Origin: an uncultured Oscillospiraceae bacterium
GTDB lineage: Bacteria > Bacillota > Clostridia > Oscillospirales > Acutalibacteraceae
DNA length: 64,000 nucleotides
NCBI GenBank assembly: GCA_900540275.1
Contig: UQFO01000006.1
Location: 34,835 to 98,834, forward strand
Direction: 5' to 3'
Shown: positions 1 to 8,644 of the stretch, in pieces
Layout of the letters: every line of letters starts with the position of its first letter
Numbering within the stretch: position 1 is the first letter of the stretch
The notes under the pieces: generated by a model
The model's input: only the letters and a program-made list of their open reading frames with translations
What the model was told of the DNA's origin: nothing
Databases searched by the model: none
Program-made: the position numbers and the translations under genes

Positions 1-1473
1 GTCGACAGGGCGGACAGTATTTCTGTGGAAAGCCAGATAGAGCTTTGTACCTATGAGCTGAAGGGAGACAAAAACTTCAGGGTTTTCTGTGACAGGGGCT
101 ACAGCGGAAAAAACCTTCTCCGGCCCCAGTTCCAGCAGCTTTTAGACGAAATCAGGCAAGGGCAAATCGAGCAGGTCATCGTCTATAAGCTCGACCGGAT
201 AAGCCGCAGCGTACTCGATTTTGCAAATCTGATGGAGCTGTTTGAAAAGCACCGCGTGGAGTTTATCTCCTGCAGTGAAAAATTCGACACCTCGACCCCT
301 ATGGGGCGCGCAATGCTGAGCGTTTGTATCGTATTCGCACAGCTCGAGCGGGAGACGATTGCGCAGCGCGTGACCGACGCGTTCCTGTCCAGAAGCGAAA
401 AGGGCTACTATATGGGCGGAAGGGTGCCGTATGGCTATCGGCTGGAAAAGACCGTAATGAATGGAATCCACACCGGAAAATATATAATCTGTGAAGAGGA
501 AGCGATGCAAATACGGCTGATGTATTCGATGTATTCCGACCCACATTGTTCTTATGGCGATATTCTCAACACCTTTAACAGCCGGGGGCTTTTTTGCCGC
601 GGAAAGCCGTGGGACCGCGCCAGGATTGCCGACCATTTAAAAAACCCCGTCTATGTACGTGCCGACGGCGCGGTCTATGATTTTTTCAGCGAACAGGGCG
701 CGGTATTATGCAGCCCGCGCGGGGATTTTGCAGGGACAAACGGCTGTTATCTCTATACTTACCAGGGAAAAGGCTCTAAATATACGCGGCTCGAGGGGCG
801 CAGGCTGGTGCTCGCGCCGCATGAGGGGCTTGTTGATTCCCACACATGGCTTATCTGCAAGCGCAAAACCATGCGCAACAGGCAAATCCGTACGGCTGAT
901 AAGGTAATTAACACCTGGCTGGCGGGGCTTGTCAAATGCGGCAGGTGCGGCTATGCGCTCACCTTTAAAAAGTATAAGGGAAAAGACGCGCGTTATCTGT
1001 TTTGCAGCCATAAAATGAACGCAAGGGCCTGCGCAGGAGCGGGGACGCTCTATGCGGATGAATTTGAGGAGATTATTAAAAATGCGCTTCTCCGAAAAAT
1101 CGCGGCCTTCCGTACGCTGGTAATTCAGGATAATAAAGAGGCGGACCCGCGCACGGAGGAGCTCCGCCAGCAAATCACCGGCGTGGAAAAAGAAATAGAA
1201 AGCCTTATGGAAAAGCTGCCGGGAGCAGGTGAGGCGCTTACGCGTCATATCGACGAAAGCATCACAGCGCTGGAACGAAAAAAAGGAGAAGCGCTTTATG
1301 CGCTCGCGCAGCGTAAAAGGCAAAAGACAGATGACGCGCCTGCATTCCCGGCGCAGGCGTGCTGCGATAAATGGAACAGGCTTGGCATGCGCGAGAAGCA
1401 GCGGGCGGCTTGGGCGCTGATTGAACGGATTGAGGCGACAAACGAATACATCAGGATTTTTTGGAAATTATAG
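1..1473 (+). CDS. Large serine recombinase (resolvase family), 5' end cut by window edge
   Basis: The frame is open from nt 1 (VDRADSISVESQIELC precedes the listed Met). It has resolvase-domain motifs (VYKLDRISRS, FISCSEKFDTSTPMGRAM, FAQLERE), a recombinase domain (GRVPYGYRL), a Cys-rich zinc ribbon (CGRCGY...CSHK) and a C-terminal coiled coil. Confidence 0.9.
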   Translation, partial: VDRADSISVESQIELCTYELKGDKNFRVFCDRGYSGKNLLRPQFQQLLDEIRQGQIEQVIVYKLDRISRSVLDFANLMELFEKHRVEFISCSEKFDTSTPMGRAMLSVCIVFAQLERETIAQRVTDAFLSRSEKGYYMGGRVPYGYRLEKTVMNGIHTGKYIICEEEAMQIRLMYSMYSDPHCSYGDILNTFNSRGLFCRGKPWDRARIADHLKNPVYVRADGAVYDFFSEQGAVLCSPRGDFAGTNGCYLYTYQGKGSKYTRLEGRRLVLAPHEGLVDSHTWLICKRKTMRNRQIRTADKVINTWLAGLVKCGRCGYALTFKKYKGKDARYLFCSHKMNARACAGAGTLYADEFEEIIKNALLRKIAAFRTLVIQDNKEADPRTEELRQQITGVEKEIESLMEKLPGAGEALTRHIDESITALERKKGEALYALAQRKRQKTDDAPAFPAQACCDKWNRLGMREKQRAAWALIERIEATNEYIRIFWKL

Positions 1474-1497
1474 CGAGTTCTTTTTTGTTTCCTGTAG

Positions 1498-1623
1498 TTA
1501 CCAGAAGCCAGCTTCGGCGAAGGCTTGCGCATCACAACCGATAAGCTCGACAGCAAAAACTTCTACGCGTTTAACCCGTCCTTTGACAAATGCGGGAAAA
1601 GCTGCCCGCCGGAAAAGAAGTAA
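1498..1623 (+). pseudogene. Orphan 41-codon coding remnant without a start codon; possible 3' end of a gene split by the recombinase-bearing element
   Basis: The frame opens right after a TAG at 1495-1497 and reads LPEASFGEGLRITTDKLDSKNFYAFNPSFDKCGKSCPPEKK*. Third codon positions are mostly G/C, as in real genes here. There is no ATG/GTG with an RBS. A hairpin terminator follows. Confidence 0.3.
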
Positions 1624-1640
1624 CAGGCATCAGGTAACCA

Positions 1641-1680
1641 AAAAAATAAAAGCCCCATCCTCTGGATGGGGCATAAATTT
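1641..1680 (-). terminator. Intrinsic terminator; strong T-run on the minus strand, possibly bidirectional
   Basis: Hairpin GCCCCATCC-TCTG-GATGGGGC at 1652-1672, flanked by an A-run on the left. This reads as a U-run for the minus-strand ABC operon. Confidence 0.6.
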
Positions 1681-1700
1681 ATTGCGGGCAAAATTTCAGG

Positions 1701-2345
1701 TTATTTTAAAGAAAACCTTTTTTTGTAAATCCAATTTCCGGAAAAAATGAGGATAAAAGAGAATACGAGCAGCGGCAGGTAGGGAAGCAGCAGCGTCTCA
1801 AAGCGCCCGATTCTCCCGTTGCATACCATGTTGATAAACCTAAGCGCTTCTACATTGGAATAGATGCAGAAAATCTCATAAAACACATTGATTAAAAACG
1901 GAATTGCGATTGTGCGGCATAAAAGCATCAGGAAAAAGGTGCTTCCCGCAAAAACAAACGATTGGATAAAAAACAGGAGAAAGTCCATCCAGAAATTCTC
2001 AAAAAATATTGCATAAACAAAAATAAGCACTACAGCGTGCAGGATATACCAGAAAAAAATCAGGAAAAAATCACCCAACAGGCTGTTTTTGTATACGCGG
2101 AGCAGCTCCCTGCCATCTCCCTCGGCATATTCTCTCAGCCCGAAAACGACCCACCACGTGGCCATAAAAGGAATATACCGCTGCATTTCCATAAAGGTAA
2201 GCTCAAACGCTTTCCTACTCAATCCGGAGGAAAGGTAATGTCCCACGCTGAAAAACGGCAGGAGCAGAAACAAAACGGCGATTGGCACAAAGTAAAGGAG
2301 CTTCAGGCTTTTTAGGTTATAGTAACAAAGCCGCAGCAGGCTCAT
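1701..2345 (-). CDS. ABC-2-type permease-like polytopic membrane protein
   Basis: Multiple hydrophobic helices. The ATG at 2345 overlaps the stop of the upstream ATPase gene (ATGA), suggesting translational coupling. Confidence 0.55.
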   Translation of the reverse strand: MSLLRLCYYNLKSLKLLYFVPIAVLFLLLPFFSVGHYLSSGLSRKAFELTFMEMQRYIPFMATWWVVFGLREYAEGDGRELLRVYKNSLLGDFFLIFFWYILHAVVLIFVYAIFFENFWMDFLLFFIQSFVFAGSTFFLMLLCRTIAIPFLINVFYEIFCIYSNVEALRFINMVCNGRIGRFETLLLPYLPLLVFSFILIFSGNWIYKKRFSLK

Positions 2346-3160
2346 AGCTTTTTCAGCGCGCATAAAAAACCGTCCTCCACCGTAGGCGTTTGTTTCTCAC
2401 CGGGCTGTTTAGAGGAAGACAGCACACGCAGCATAGCGCGCCCGTTATCCTCTATCCTGTCCTTGACAAAGAAGCTTCCGGTAAGCTCGTTTTCTCTTTG
2501 TGCTTCTAATAAATACACCTTGCCCTGGGCCAGCTGCGCAATCTCCGCTCCCGTACCGTTTGCCGCGAGCCTGCCCGCGTCCATAATCAAAATCCTGTCG
2601 CAGACCGCCTCTACGTCCGAAACGATATGTGTGGAGATAACGACCGTACAGCTTTCCTTGATGCGTGCAAGCGTGTTTTTAAAGCGCATGCGCTCCTCAG
2701 GGTCGAGCCCCGCGGTCGGCTCGTCAAAGAGGATTAGCTCCGGGTTTCCAAGCAGCGCCTGCGCCACGCCGATTCTCCGTACCATTCCGCCGGACAGGGT
2801 GGATATCCTGTCGTGCAGGCGGTCGGTAAGGTTTACCTCCTCCACGCACTGCTCAATCTGTTCCTTTTGCTTTTGCTTCTCTATTTTTTTAAGCGTCGCG
2901 AAATAAGACATCATTTCATACACGGTAAGCTCTTTGAACATACCGAATTTCTGCGGCAGGTAGCCGATAAACCCTTCGGGCTTTTCAATTTTGCCGCCGT
3001 CGGGCCGGTACAGCCCGCAGACGCAGCGCAGCAGCGTCGTCTTACCCGCGCCGTTGGGGCCCAGCAGGCCAAACGCGCCGCGCCCGTCTATCTGCGCGGA
3101 AAAGCCGTCGAGCGCCCTTTTCCTTTTGAATTTTTTGGTACAGTTTTCAATTTTCAGCAT
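2342..3160 (-). CDS. ABC transporter ATP-binding protein
   Basis: Walker A GPNGAGKTT, signature LSGGMVRR, Walker B LILFDEPTAGLD and an H-loop STH. Confidence 0.92.
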   Translation of the reverse strand: MLKIENCTKKFKRKRALDGFSAQIDGRGAFGLLGPNGAGKTTLLRCVCGLYRPDGGKIEKPEGFIGYLPQKFGMFKELTVYEMMSYFATLKKIEKQKQKEQIEQCVEEVNLTDRLHDRISTLSGGMVRRIGVAQALLGNPELILFDEPTAGLDPEERMRFKNTLARIKESCTVVISTHIVSDVEAVCDRILIMDAGRLAANGTGAEIAQLAQGKVYLLEAQRENELTGSFFVKDRIEDNGRAMLRVLSSSKQPGEKQTPTVEDGFLCALKKL

Positions 3161-4871
3161 CGTTATACTCCTTTAACAGCATTTTAGCGTATTCTGGAAT
3201 GCGCGTTTGATCTCCAGACATTAAAAAAACCTGATTATCAAATATTGCTGCGGGACCATATTGCGCGAAATTGATAAACTCCGTCGTCGATTGGAATATC
3301 GTCATGCTGTCCAAATCGAGGTGGTTTTCTATATTTTCTTTTTTTTCTATCTCTGTGATTTTCTGCTGCAGCTTATTTAGAAATTCATTATTAAGCGGTT
3401 CATATCCCCAGCCACCTATACTTGATTTATATATAGTGTTTCTTCCAAATAATTCTTCCTGTAGATTGCCACCCATTAAGGTTAGGGCGCCCGCCTCTCC
3501 GGCAAAGCAGTTTTTCCTGCCGCCTGCGTCCGGCAGGCTGCTGAAAATCTGCCTGCTGGCCTCTACCTCAATGCTGTACTGCGAGGAAAAGCCATTTGAA
3601 ACCTTCCGGTAGCCTTGGTGGCCATTACTAATTTGATGGAACCCCGCCATGGGGTAATACGGAAAGCACCCCGGCAGCAAAACAGCCTGGTAATTGCTGT
3701 AAAGGATTGGGCTGCTGCCCTTATAAGAAAGTGTAAGGCCCGTAAGCGGCGCTTGGGAAACGACCGTCAGGTAATCGTCCTCCCGCGTATAAGGGAGGGC
3801 GTTGCCGCTTTGGTCGGCGGCGCTTAAAATCTCGTACCCGTGGTAGAGCGTAAAAGCATATTCTGTTGTATCGGCGGGGGAGAGCGCCATGTCCACCGTT
3901 GCCTCCAGCTCCCTGCCGATTTTGAGCTTCATGTCGTAGGAAGGGATGGTAAAGCCAGCCGCCATGATTTTAGAGGCGTGCTCCCGGTAGTATTCGTTAT
4001 CGTTACGGGTGATGCTCTGAGGGTAGGGGCCGAGCACGAGCTCGCTCCCGCCGAGGGAATAGCCGTAGAGGTTCACGCCCGCCAGAATTACGGCGAGCGC
4101 CGTCACGGCAAACCGCGTTTTTGTTTTTTGGGGCAGGATGGAGAAAATTACGATTGCAAGGAATAGGCATATCCAGAACAGCATTAAATTCCAGCGCAGC
4201 GCTTCGTTTGACATTCCGTATTGTATATCGACTACCCAGGTCAGGTTCGGCGGCAGGATTTTGCTGAAAAACCATTTGGCGGGCCACAGGTTAAAACCGT
4301 AGGAGTCGGTCGCAATGCCGGGGAGCATGTCTGACACGGGGCTTACAATAAAAATAGAGAGCGCCATCAGCGAATAGGCAGGTACGCGCTTGAACCTGAG
4401 CGCAAGGCACATCCCAAGCAGGTTTGCAAGCGTGCTGAGCAGGAAAAAATTTAGGAAGTTAACCAGCACGATATGAAGGTAATAATGGAGAGCGTTTACA
4501 TCTACGATTGCCGCGATCGCAAAGTTGAATATGGTAGCAATCAAAAAAGCAAGCAACATCAGCAGCGTCAGCACGGCGAACATACCGCCGTATGTTTTCA
4601 GTCGGCCTTTTTTGTGGGCGGACAGGCTTTCCTCTATCCCGCATTGCTTTACTTTATAAAAATATTCATAAGAAAGGTATAGGCCCGCAATAAAGGCAAG
4701 CAGGCTGCATTCCTGTGTACTTTGAAAATAATTTAAAACATCCCAGTTCATGGTAATCGTATAACATCTATAAGAAAGATAAAAAAATAAGCCTACGATT
4801 GCCAGAAACGCCACAATAAAAATATGGCGGTCCCGTATAAAAATCTGCAGGTTCTTTTTCAGTTGAAGCAC
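3147..4871 (-). CDS. Membrane protein: N-terminal polytopic permease-like region plus a large C-terminal extracytoplasmic domain
   Basis: About 7 predicted TM helices in the first 270 aa, followed by a soluble domain. The gene overlaps the ATPase gene. The ORF opens at 4880, but a GTG at 4871 has better spacing from AAGGA. Confidence 0.6.
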   Translation of the reverse strand: MLQLKKNLQIFIRDRHIFIVAFLAIVGLFFYLSYRCYTITMNWDVLNYFQSTQECSLLAFIAGLYLSYEYFYKVKQCGIEESLSAHKKGRLKTYGGMFAVLTLLMLLAFLIATIFNFAIAAIVDVNALHYYLHIVLVNFLNFFLLSTLANLLGMCLALRFKRVPAYSLMALSIFIVSPVSDMLPGIATDSYGFNLWPAKWFFSKILPPNLTWVVDIQYGMSNEALRWNLMLFWICLFLAIVIFSILPQKTKTRFAVTALAVILAGVNLYGYSLGGSELVLGPYPQSITRNDNEYYREHASKIMAAGFTIPSYDMKLKIGRELEATVDMALSPADTTEYAFTLYHGYEILSAADQSGNALPYTREDDYLTVVSQAPLTGLTLSYKGSSPILYSNYQAVLLPGCFPYYPMAGFHQISNGHQGYRKVSNGFSSQYSIEVEASRQIFSSLPDAGGRKNCFAGEAGALTLMGGNLQEELFGRNTIYKSSIGGWGYEPLNNEFLNKLQQKITEIEKKENIENHLDLDSMTIFQSTTEFINFAQYGPAAIFDNQVFLMSGDQTRIPEYAKMLLKEYNDAEN

Positions 4872-4968
4872 CGCGTTCACTCCTTTGTTCTGAAGGCTTT
4901 AGAACGCCCCGCATACCGTATTGGGATTGAGCGGACGGCATACGGGGCGTTCATGGGCTATGCTTTAT

Positions 4969-5364
4969 TTAGTTATAGGCATGAACCTTGCCGCTTGCAA
5001 CGCATCCGGTGCCCAGCCAGTACCAAGAGCACATATGCCCCCGCCAACTGGCAACGCCGCCCAGGTCGTAGGTTCCTGTTGCACTGTCATTCTGGCCCGG
5101 GTCACAGAAGAGGTGATAGGCATTTTGCCAACCTTTCCCGGGGAATGCATAGTCGTAATACAAATTTACCCCGTCGTTGGAAGATGTGCTGGTCCTTAAA
5201 TACTCGACATTTCCTTTGCTGTAGAGTCCAAGTGTTGTGGAGTAAGCGTCCGTTTGGTTTTTTGCCAAACTCCAGGAAGCCGACACCGCCCCCGCGGGCA
5301 TGACCGCGGTAGAAACCAGCAGCACGGCTGCGGCAGCCACCGCAAGGATTTTTTTGCTTTTCAT
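4969..5364 (-). CDS. Small secreted Trp/Cys-containing protein; candidate exported effector or bacteriocin-like protein
   Basis: Sec signal peptide MKSKKILAVAAAAVLLVSTAVMPAGA. GGAGG lies 7 nt upstream of the ATG. It is the first gene of the operon that encodes the ABC exporter. The mature part is about 105 aa with 3 Cys and a YYDYAFPG motif. Confidence 0.6.
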   Translation of the reverse strand: MKSKKILAVAAAAVLLVSTAVMPAGAVSASWSLAKNQTDAYSTTLGLYSKGNVEYLRTSTSSNDGVNLYYDYAFPGKGWQNAYHLFCDPGQNDSATGTYDLGGVASWRGHMCSWYWLGTGCVASGKVHAYN

Positions 5365-5749
5365 AATGATTCCTCCTTTTAGAATATTTTTTTTATTTTA
5401 TGCGCGCATAATGTAATAATTTTTACACCTAAATTATACAATATCTATTTTTAAACTTCAATATATATTAAAATTTTATTAGTAAAAATTAATATATAAA
5501 TTTTGTAAAATATAAACATTGCGTTCGTCATTATAAAATAAAATATTTATTGTATGCTCAAATATCGAAAAAGAAAGCATTATAGATACGATTTCTATTT
5601 GTACGTTTTCTACATCGAAATCAAGATAAATTTATTATGTTTAACAAAGTTGTGTAAAAGTAGTTTACGTTTTACAATAAAACCTCTATGATACTAATAT
5701 AGTGACAATTTTTCACATATTGGGATTCAAATAAACGGAGAGAAATGGA
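5365..5749. promoter_or_regulatory. Very AT-rich divergent intergenic region; presumed promoters for both flanking operons
   Basis: About 385 bp that are strikingly AT-rich compared with the flanking coding DNA. It sits between divergently transcribed genes. Confidence 0.4.
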
Positions 5750-8575
5750 ATGATATCTATGAATACGCTCCCGTTGGAAGCGGAAACGAGGGTTTTAATT
5801 GACAAGACGCTCGAAAACCTGGGCTGGAGCTTGTCCGGTCCGGAAAAAAACGTATTTTTTGAACAGCCGAAAACTCAGGAAGAACAAAGCCGGCTTGGCG
5901 GCAGGCGCCCGGATTATGTGCTTTACGCATCCGGCAAAGAAAGCAGGCCGCTTATCGTAATTGAGGCCAAGAAAAAAGGGACGCGCATTGAAAGCGCGCT
6001 GCAGCAGGGCATAAGCTATGCCAGAAAGCTTAGGGCGCCTCTTGTTTTTGCGACCGACGGCCTTTTCTGCCGGTCATACCATACTGTGTTTGAACGCGCG
6101 CCCGTATTAAACGGCGAGGAGCTGGACAGCTTCCCGCGCGAGGGGCTGGCGCTGAAATACCTGGATACGCCCGAGGTCAACACGATTTCTGAAAAAGTGC
6201 AGGTTGACCGCAAGGAATTGATTAAAATTTTCGACGAGGCAAACAATATGCTGCGCGGCGACGGCCTGCGCGCGGGCATCGAACGGTTCGGCGAGTTTGC
6301 AAATATCCTGTTTTTAAAGCTCATCAGCGAAAATGAGAACGTCAAAAGGCAAGGCGGTATACCTTCCGGCTTTGACTGCACCTGCCACTGGGACGTCATA
6401 CGGGAGATGCGGCCCGACGCGCGCATCGATTACATCAATAAGGTCGTATATGAAAAATTGAACGCGAGGTACCGTACCAGGATATTTACGCCGCTAACTA
6501 TTCGGGATACGACAATTCTCAGCGATATTATGGACAAGCTCGACCCGTTGACGCTGACCGACGTGGATTCCGACGTAAAAGGCGACGCTTTTGAGTATTT
6601 TTTGAAGGAATCCACCGCCGCCAAAAACGATTTGGGCGAATATTTCACGCCGCGCCACATCGTCAGGACTATGGTGAAAATTGTCAATCCCAAGATAGGC
6701 GAAAAGATATATGACCCCTTCTGCGGGACAGGCGGCTTTTTGATCGAAAGCTACCGCCATATATTCAATACGATGCCGCGAAACGCTACCACAATGAAAA
6801 TGCTCAGGGACAACACGATTTACGGCAATGAAATTACTAACACAGCGCGTATTACAAAAATGAATATGATTCTCGCGGGCGGAGGGCAGGGCAATATCCA
6901 TATGCGCGACAGCCTCGCTTCGCCCGTAGATGGTATTTATGATATTGTCCTCGCGAATATGCCCTATTCTCAGAAAACAAAATACGGCAGCCTTTACGAC
7001 CTGCCTTCCAACAACGGCGACAGCATCTGTGTACAGCACTGCATGAGGTCGGTAAGCGCCGCGGCGGAAAATGGCAGGCTGGCTATCGTTGTGCCGGAAG
7101 GCTTTCTGTTTCGTAAGGACCTTGTCAAAACACGCGAGCTTTTGCTTCGTGAATTTCAAATCAACAGCATAATTTCCCTTCCGCGCGGCGTTTTTCTGCC
7201 ATATACAGGCGTAAAAACAAATATTATTTACGCGTCGCGCAAACACCGTGCCGGTATTGGGTATACCCCACGTGAATCTTTTTGGTATTATGAAGCCAAA
7301 AACGACGGCTATACGCTCGACAATCACAGAAACAAGCTGCAGGGGCAAAACGACCTGGACCGCTGCATGGAATTCAGGAAGCTTGACTCCGGCCAGAAAG
7401 AGGAGATGCTTGCGGCCGGTTTTCAGGAAATTCCGCTGGGCCGCGTAAAAGAAAACGGCTTCGTTCTCGTTGGGGGCAGGTACAGCAAAATGGAAGCCCC
7501 TGTATTATCGCAGCGAAAAGTCAGGCTGGGGGAAATTCTCGATATCCATTACGGCAAACGCATTACACGCAGAAAAGACAGCGGAACAAGCTACCCGGTA
7601 TACGGAGGCGGCGGCCCATCCTTCCAGACAGACCTGTATAACCGGGAAAATGAGTTTGTCATATCACGTTTCGGCGTTTCGGAGCGCTGCGTCCGTTTTG
7701 TGGAAGGCCGGTTTTACCTGCTCGACTCAGGCTTCACCTTTACTGTAAAACCGGAGACCGCTTCACAGGTCAGCAAAGCGTATGTTGGAAGGCTTTTGAT
7801 GGGGCGCCAGCGCGAGGTGTTCGCCTGCGCGCGCGGACAGGCGCAGAAAAATATAGATATGGAGCTTTTTTACGGGCTTACAATTCCCCTGCCAAGCCTG
7901 GAGGAACAGGAAAACGCTGCGCGGGAGCTTGAGGAATATGATAAAATCATCTCATATTCGGCATGTACGGTACAGTCGTACCATCCGCGCCTTTTACTTG
8001 CGAACGGCACGCGCATGTGTACAATCGGTTCGCTATGTACCGGCGATATCAGCGGGGGAACCCCTTCCACAAAGCACCCGGAATACTGGAACGGGGACAT
8101 CCCATGGATAACGAGCGCGGACATCGAAGAGGACGGCAGGATTATAGTAAAAAAGTACGTTACGCGCCAGGGGCTCCAGCATTCCGCTACGCATATCATC
8201 CCCAAGGGGGAGATTATCGTCGCTACGCGCGTGGGGCTCGGCAAAATTGCATACGTGCCCTACGATATTGCAATCAGCCAAGACCTGCATGGCCTTGTGC
8301 TCGATACAAAGCGGATTCTTCCGCAGTTTTTTGAGCTTGCATACCTGGGGCTCAGGCAGGAAATTTTCAGGCATGCCCGCGGTACGACAATTCGTGGGAT
8401 TACCGTACAGGAGCTAATGGCGCTTGAAATTCCCGTGCCCTCCATGGAAGAGCAGATGGTAGCTGTAACACAGGCAAAGCGTGAGCGCGAGCTGGTACAT
8501 AGCGCGCATGAGCTGTCGGTGCTTTTTAAAAACAAACGCCAAAGGCGTGTGGAATCCCTGTATCTGAAAAAATAG
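5750..8575 (+). CDS. Single-chain restriction-modification-specificity enzyme (type IIB/IIG-like): PD-(D/E)xK nuclease + gamma-class N6-adenine methyltransferase + two HsdS-like TRDs
   Basis: The N-terminus has RRPDYVLY...VIEAKKKG (PD...ExK). MTase motif I is IYDPFCGTGGFLIE and motif IV is LANMPYS. The C-terminal 370 aa hold two target-recognition domains, each followed by a conserved helix (LPSLEEQENAARELEE and VPSMEEQMVAVTQAK). Confidence 0.85.
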   Translation: MISMNTLPLEAETRVLIDKTLENLGWSLSGPEKNVFFEQPKTQEEQSRLGGRRPDYVLYASGKESRPLIVIEAKKKGTRIESALQQGISYARKLRAPLVFATDGLFCRSYHTVFERAPVLNGEELDSFPREGLALKYLDTPEVNTISEKVQVDRKELIKIFDEANNMLRGDGLRAGIERFGEFANILFLKLISENENVKRQGGIPSGFDCTCHWDVIREMRPDARIDYINKVVYEKLNARYRTRIFTPLTIRDTTILSDIMDKLDPLTLTDVDSDVKGDAFEYFLKESTAAKNDLGEYFTPRHIVRTMVKIVNPKIGEKIYDPFCGTGGFLIESYRHIFNTMPRNATTMKMLRDNTIYGNEITNTARITKMNMILAGGGQGNIHMRDSLASPVDGIYDIVLANMPYSQKTKYGSLYDLPSNNGDSICVQHCMRSVSAAAENGRLAIVVPEGFLFRKDLVKTRELLLREFQINSIISLPRGVFLPYTGVKTNIIYASRKHRAGIGYTPRESFWYYEAKNDGYTLDNHRNKLQGQNDLDRCMEFRKLDSGQKEEMLAAGFQEIPLGRVKENGFVLVGGRYSKMEAPVLSQRKVRLGEILDIHYGKRITRRKDSGTSYPVYGGGGPSFQTDLYNRENEFVISRFGVSERCVRFVEGRFYLLDSGFTFTVKPETASQVSKAYVGRLLMGRQREVFACARGQAQKNIDMELFYGLTIPLPSLEEQENAARELEEYDKIISYSACTVQSYHPRLLLANGTRMCTIGSLCTGDISGGTPSTKHPEYWNGDIPWITSADIEEDGRIIVKKYVTRQGLQHSATHIIPKGEIIVATRVGLGKIAYVPYDIAISQDLHGLVLDTKRILPQFFELAYLGLRQEIFRHARGTTIRGITVQELMALEIPVPSMEEQMVAVTQAKRERELVHSAHELSVLFKNKRQRRVESLYLKK

Positions 8576-8594
8576 CGCGCTTTCGCGCTATAAA

Positions 8595-8631
8595 CAAAAA
8601 AGCCTCCGGATTTTTTCCGGAGGCTTTTTGT
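8595..8631. terminator. Bidirectional intrinsic terminator
   Basis: Hairpin AGCCTCCGGA-TTTTT-TCCGGAGGCT with an A-run upstream and a T-run downstream, between convergent genes. Confidence 0.75.
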
Positions 8632-8644
8632 AATTTGAAATCTA

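Noticed and set aside
4969-5364. Calling the small secreted protein a lactococcin-972-family bacteriocin
   Set aside because: Only the operon layout is reminiscent. I see no similarity to the lactococcin 972 mature sequence as I remember it, so the family name is not supported.
5750-8575. Phase-variable (shufflon-type) specificity switching of the restriction enzyme by the nearby serine recombinase
   Set aside because: I found no silent hsdS/TRD cassettes or inverted repeats of the TRD-flanking conserved helices anywhere nearby. The recombinase is 4 kb away, separated by an unrelated operon.
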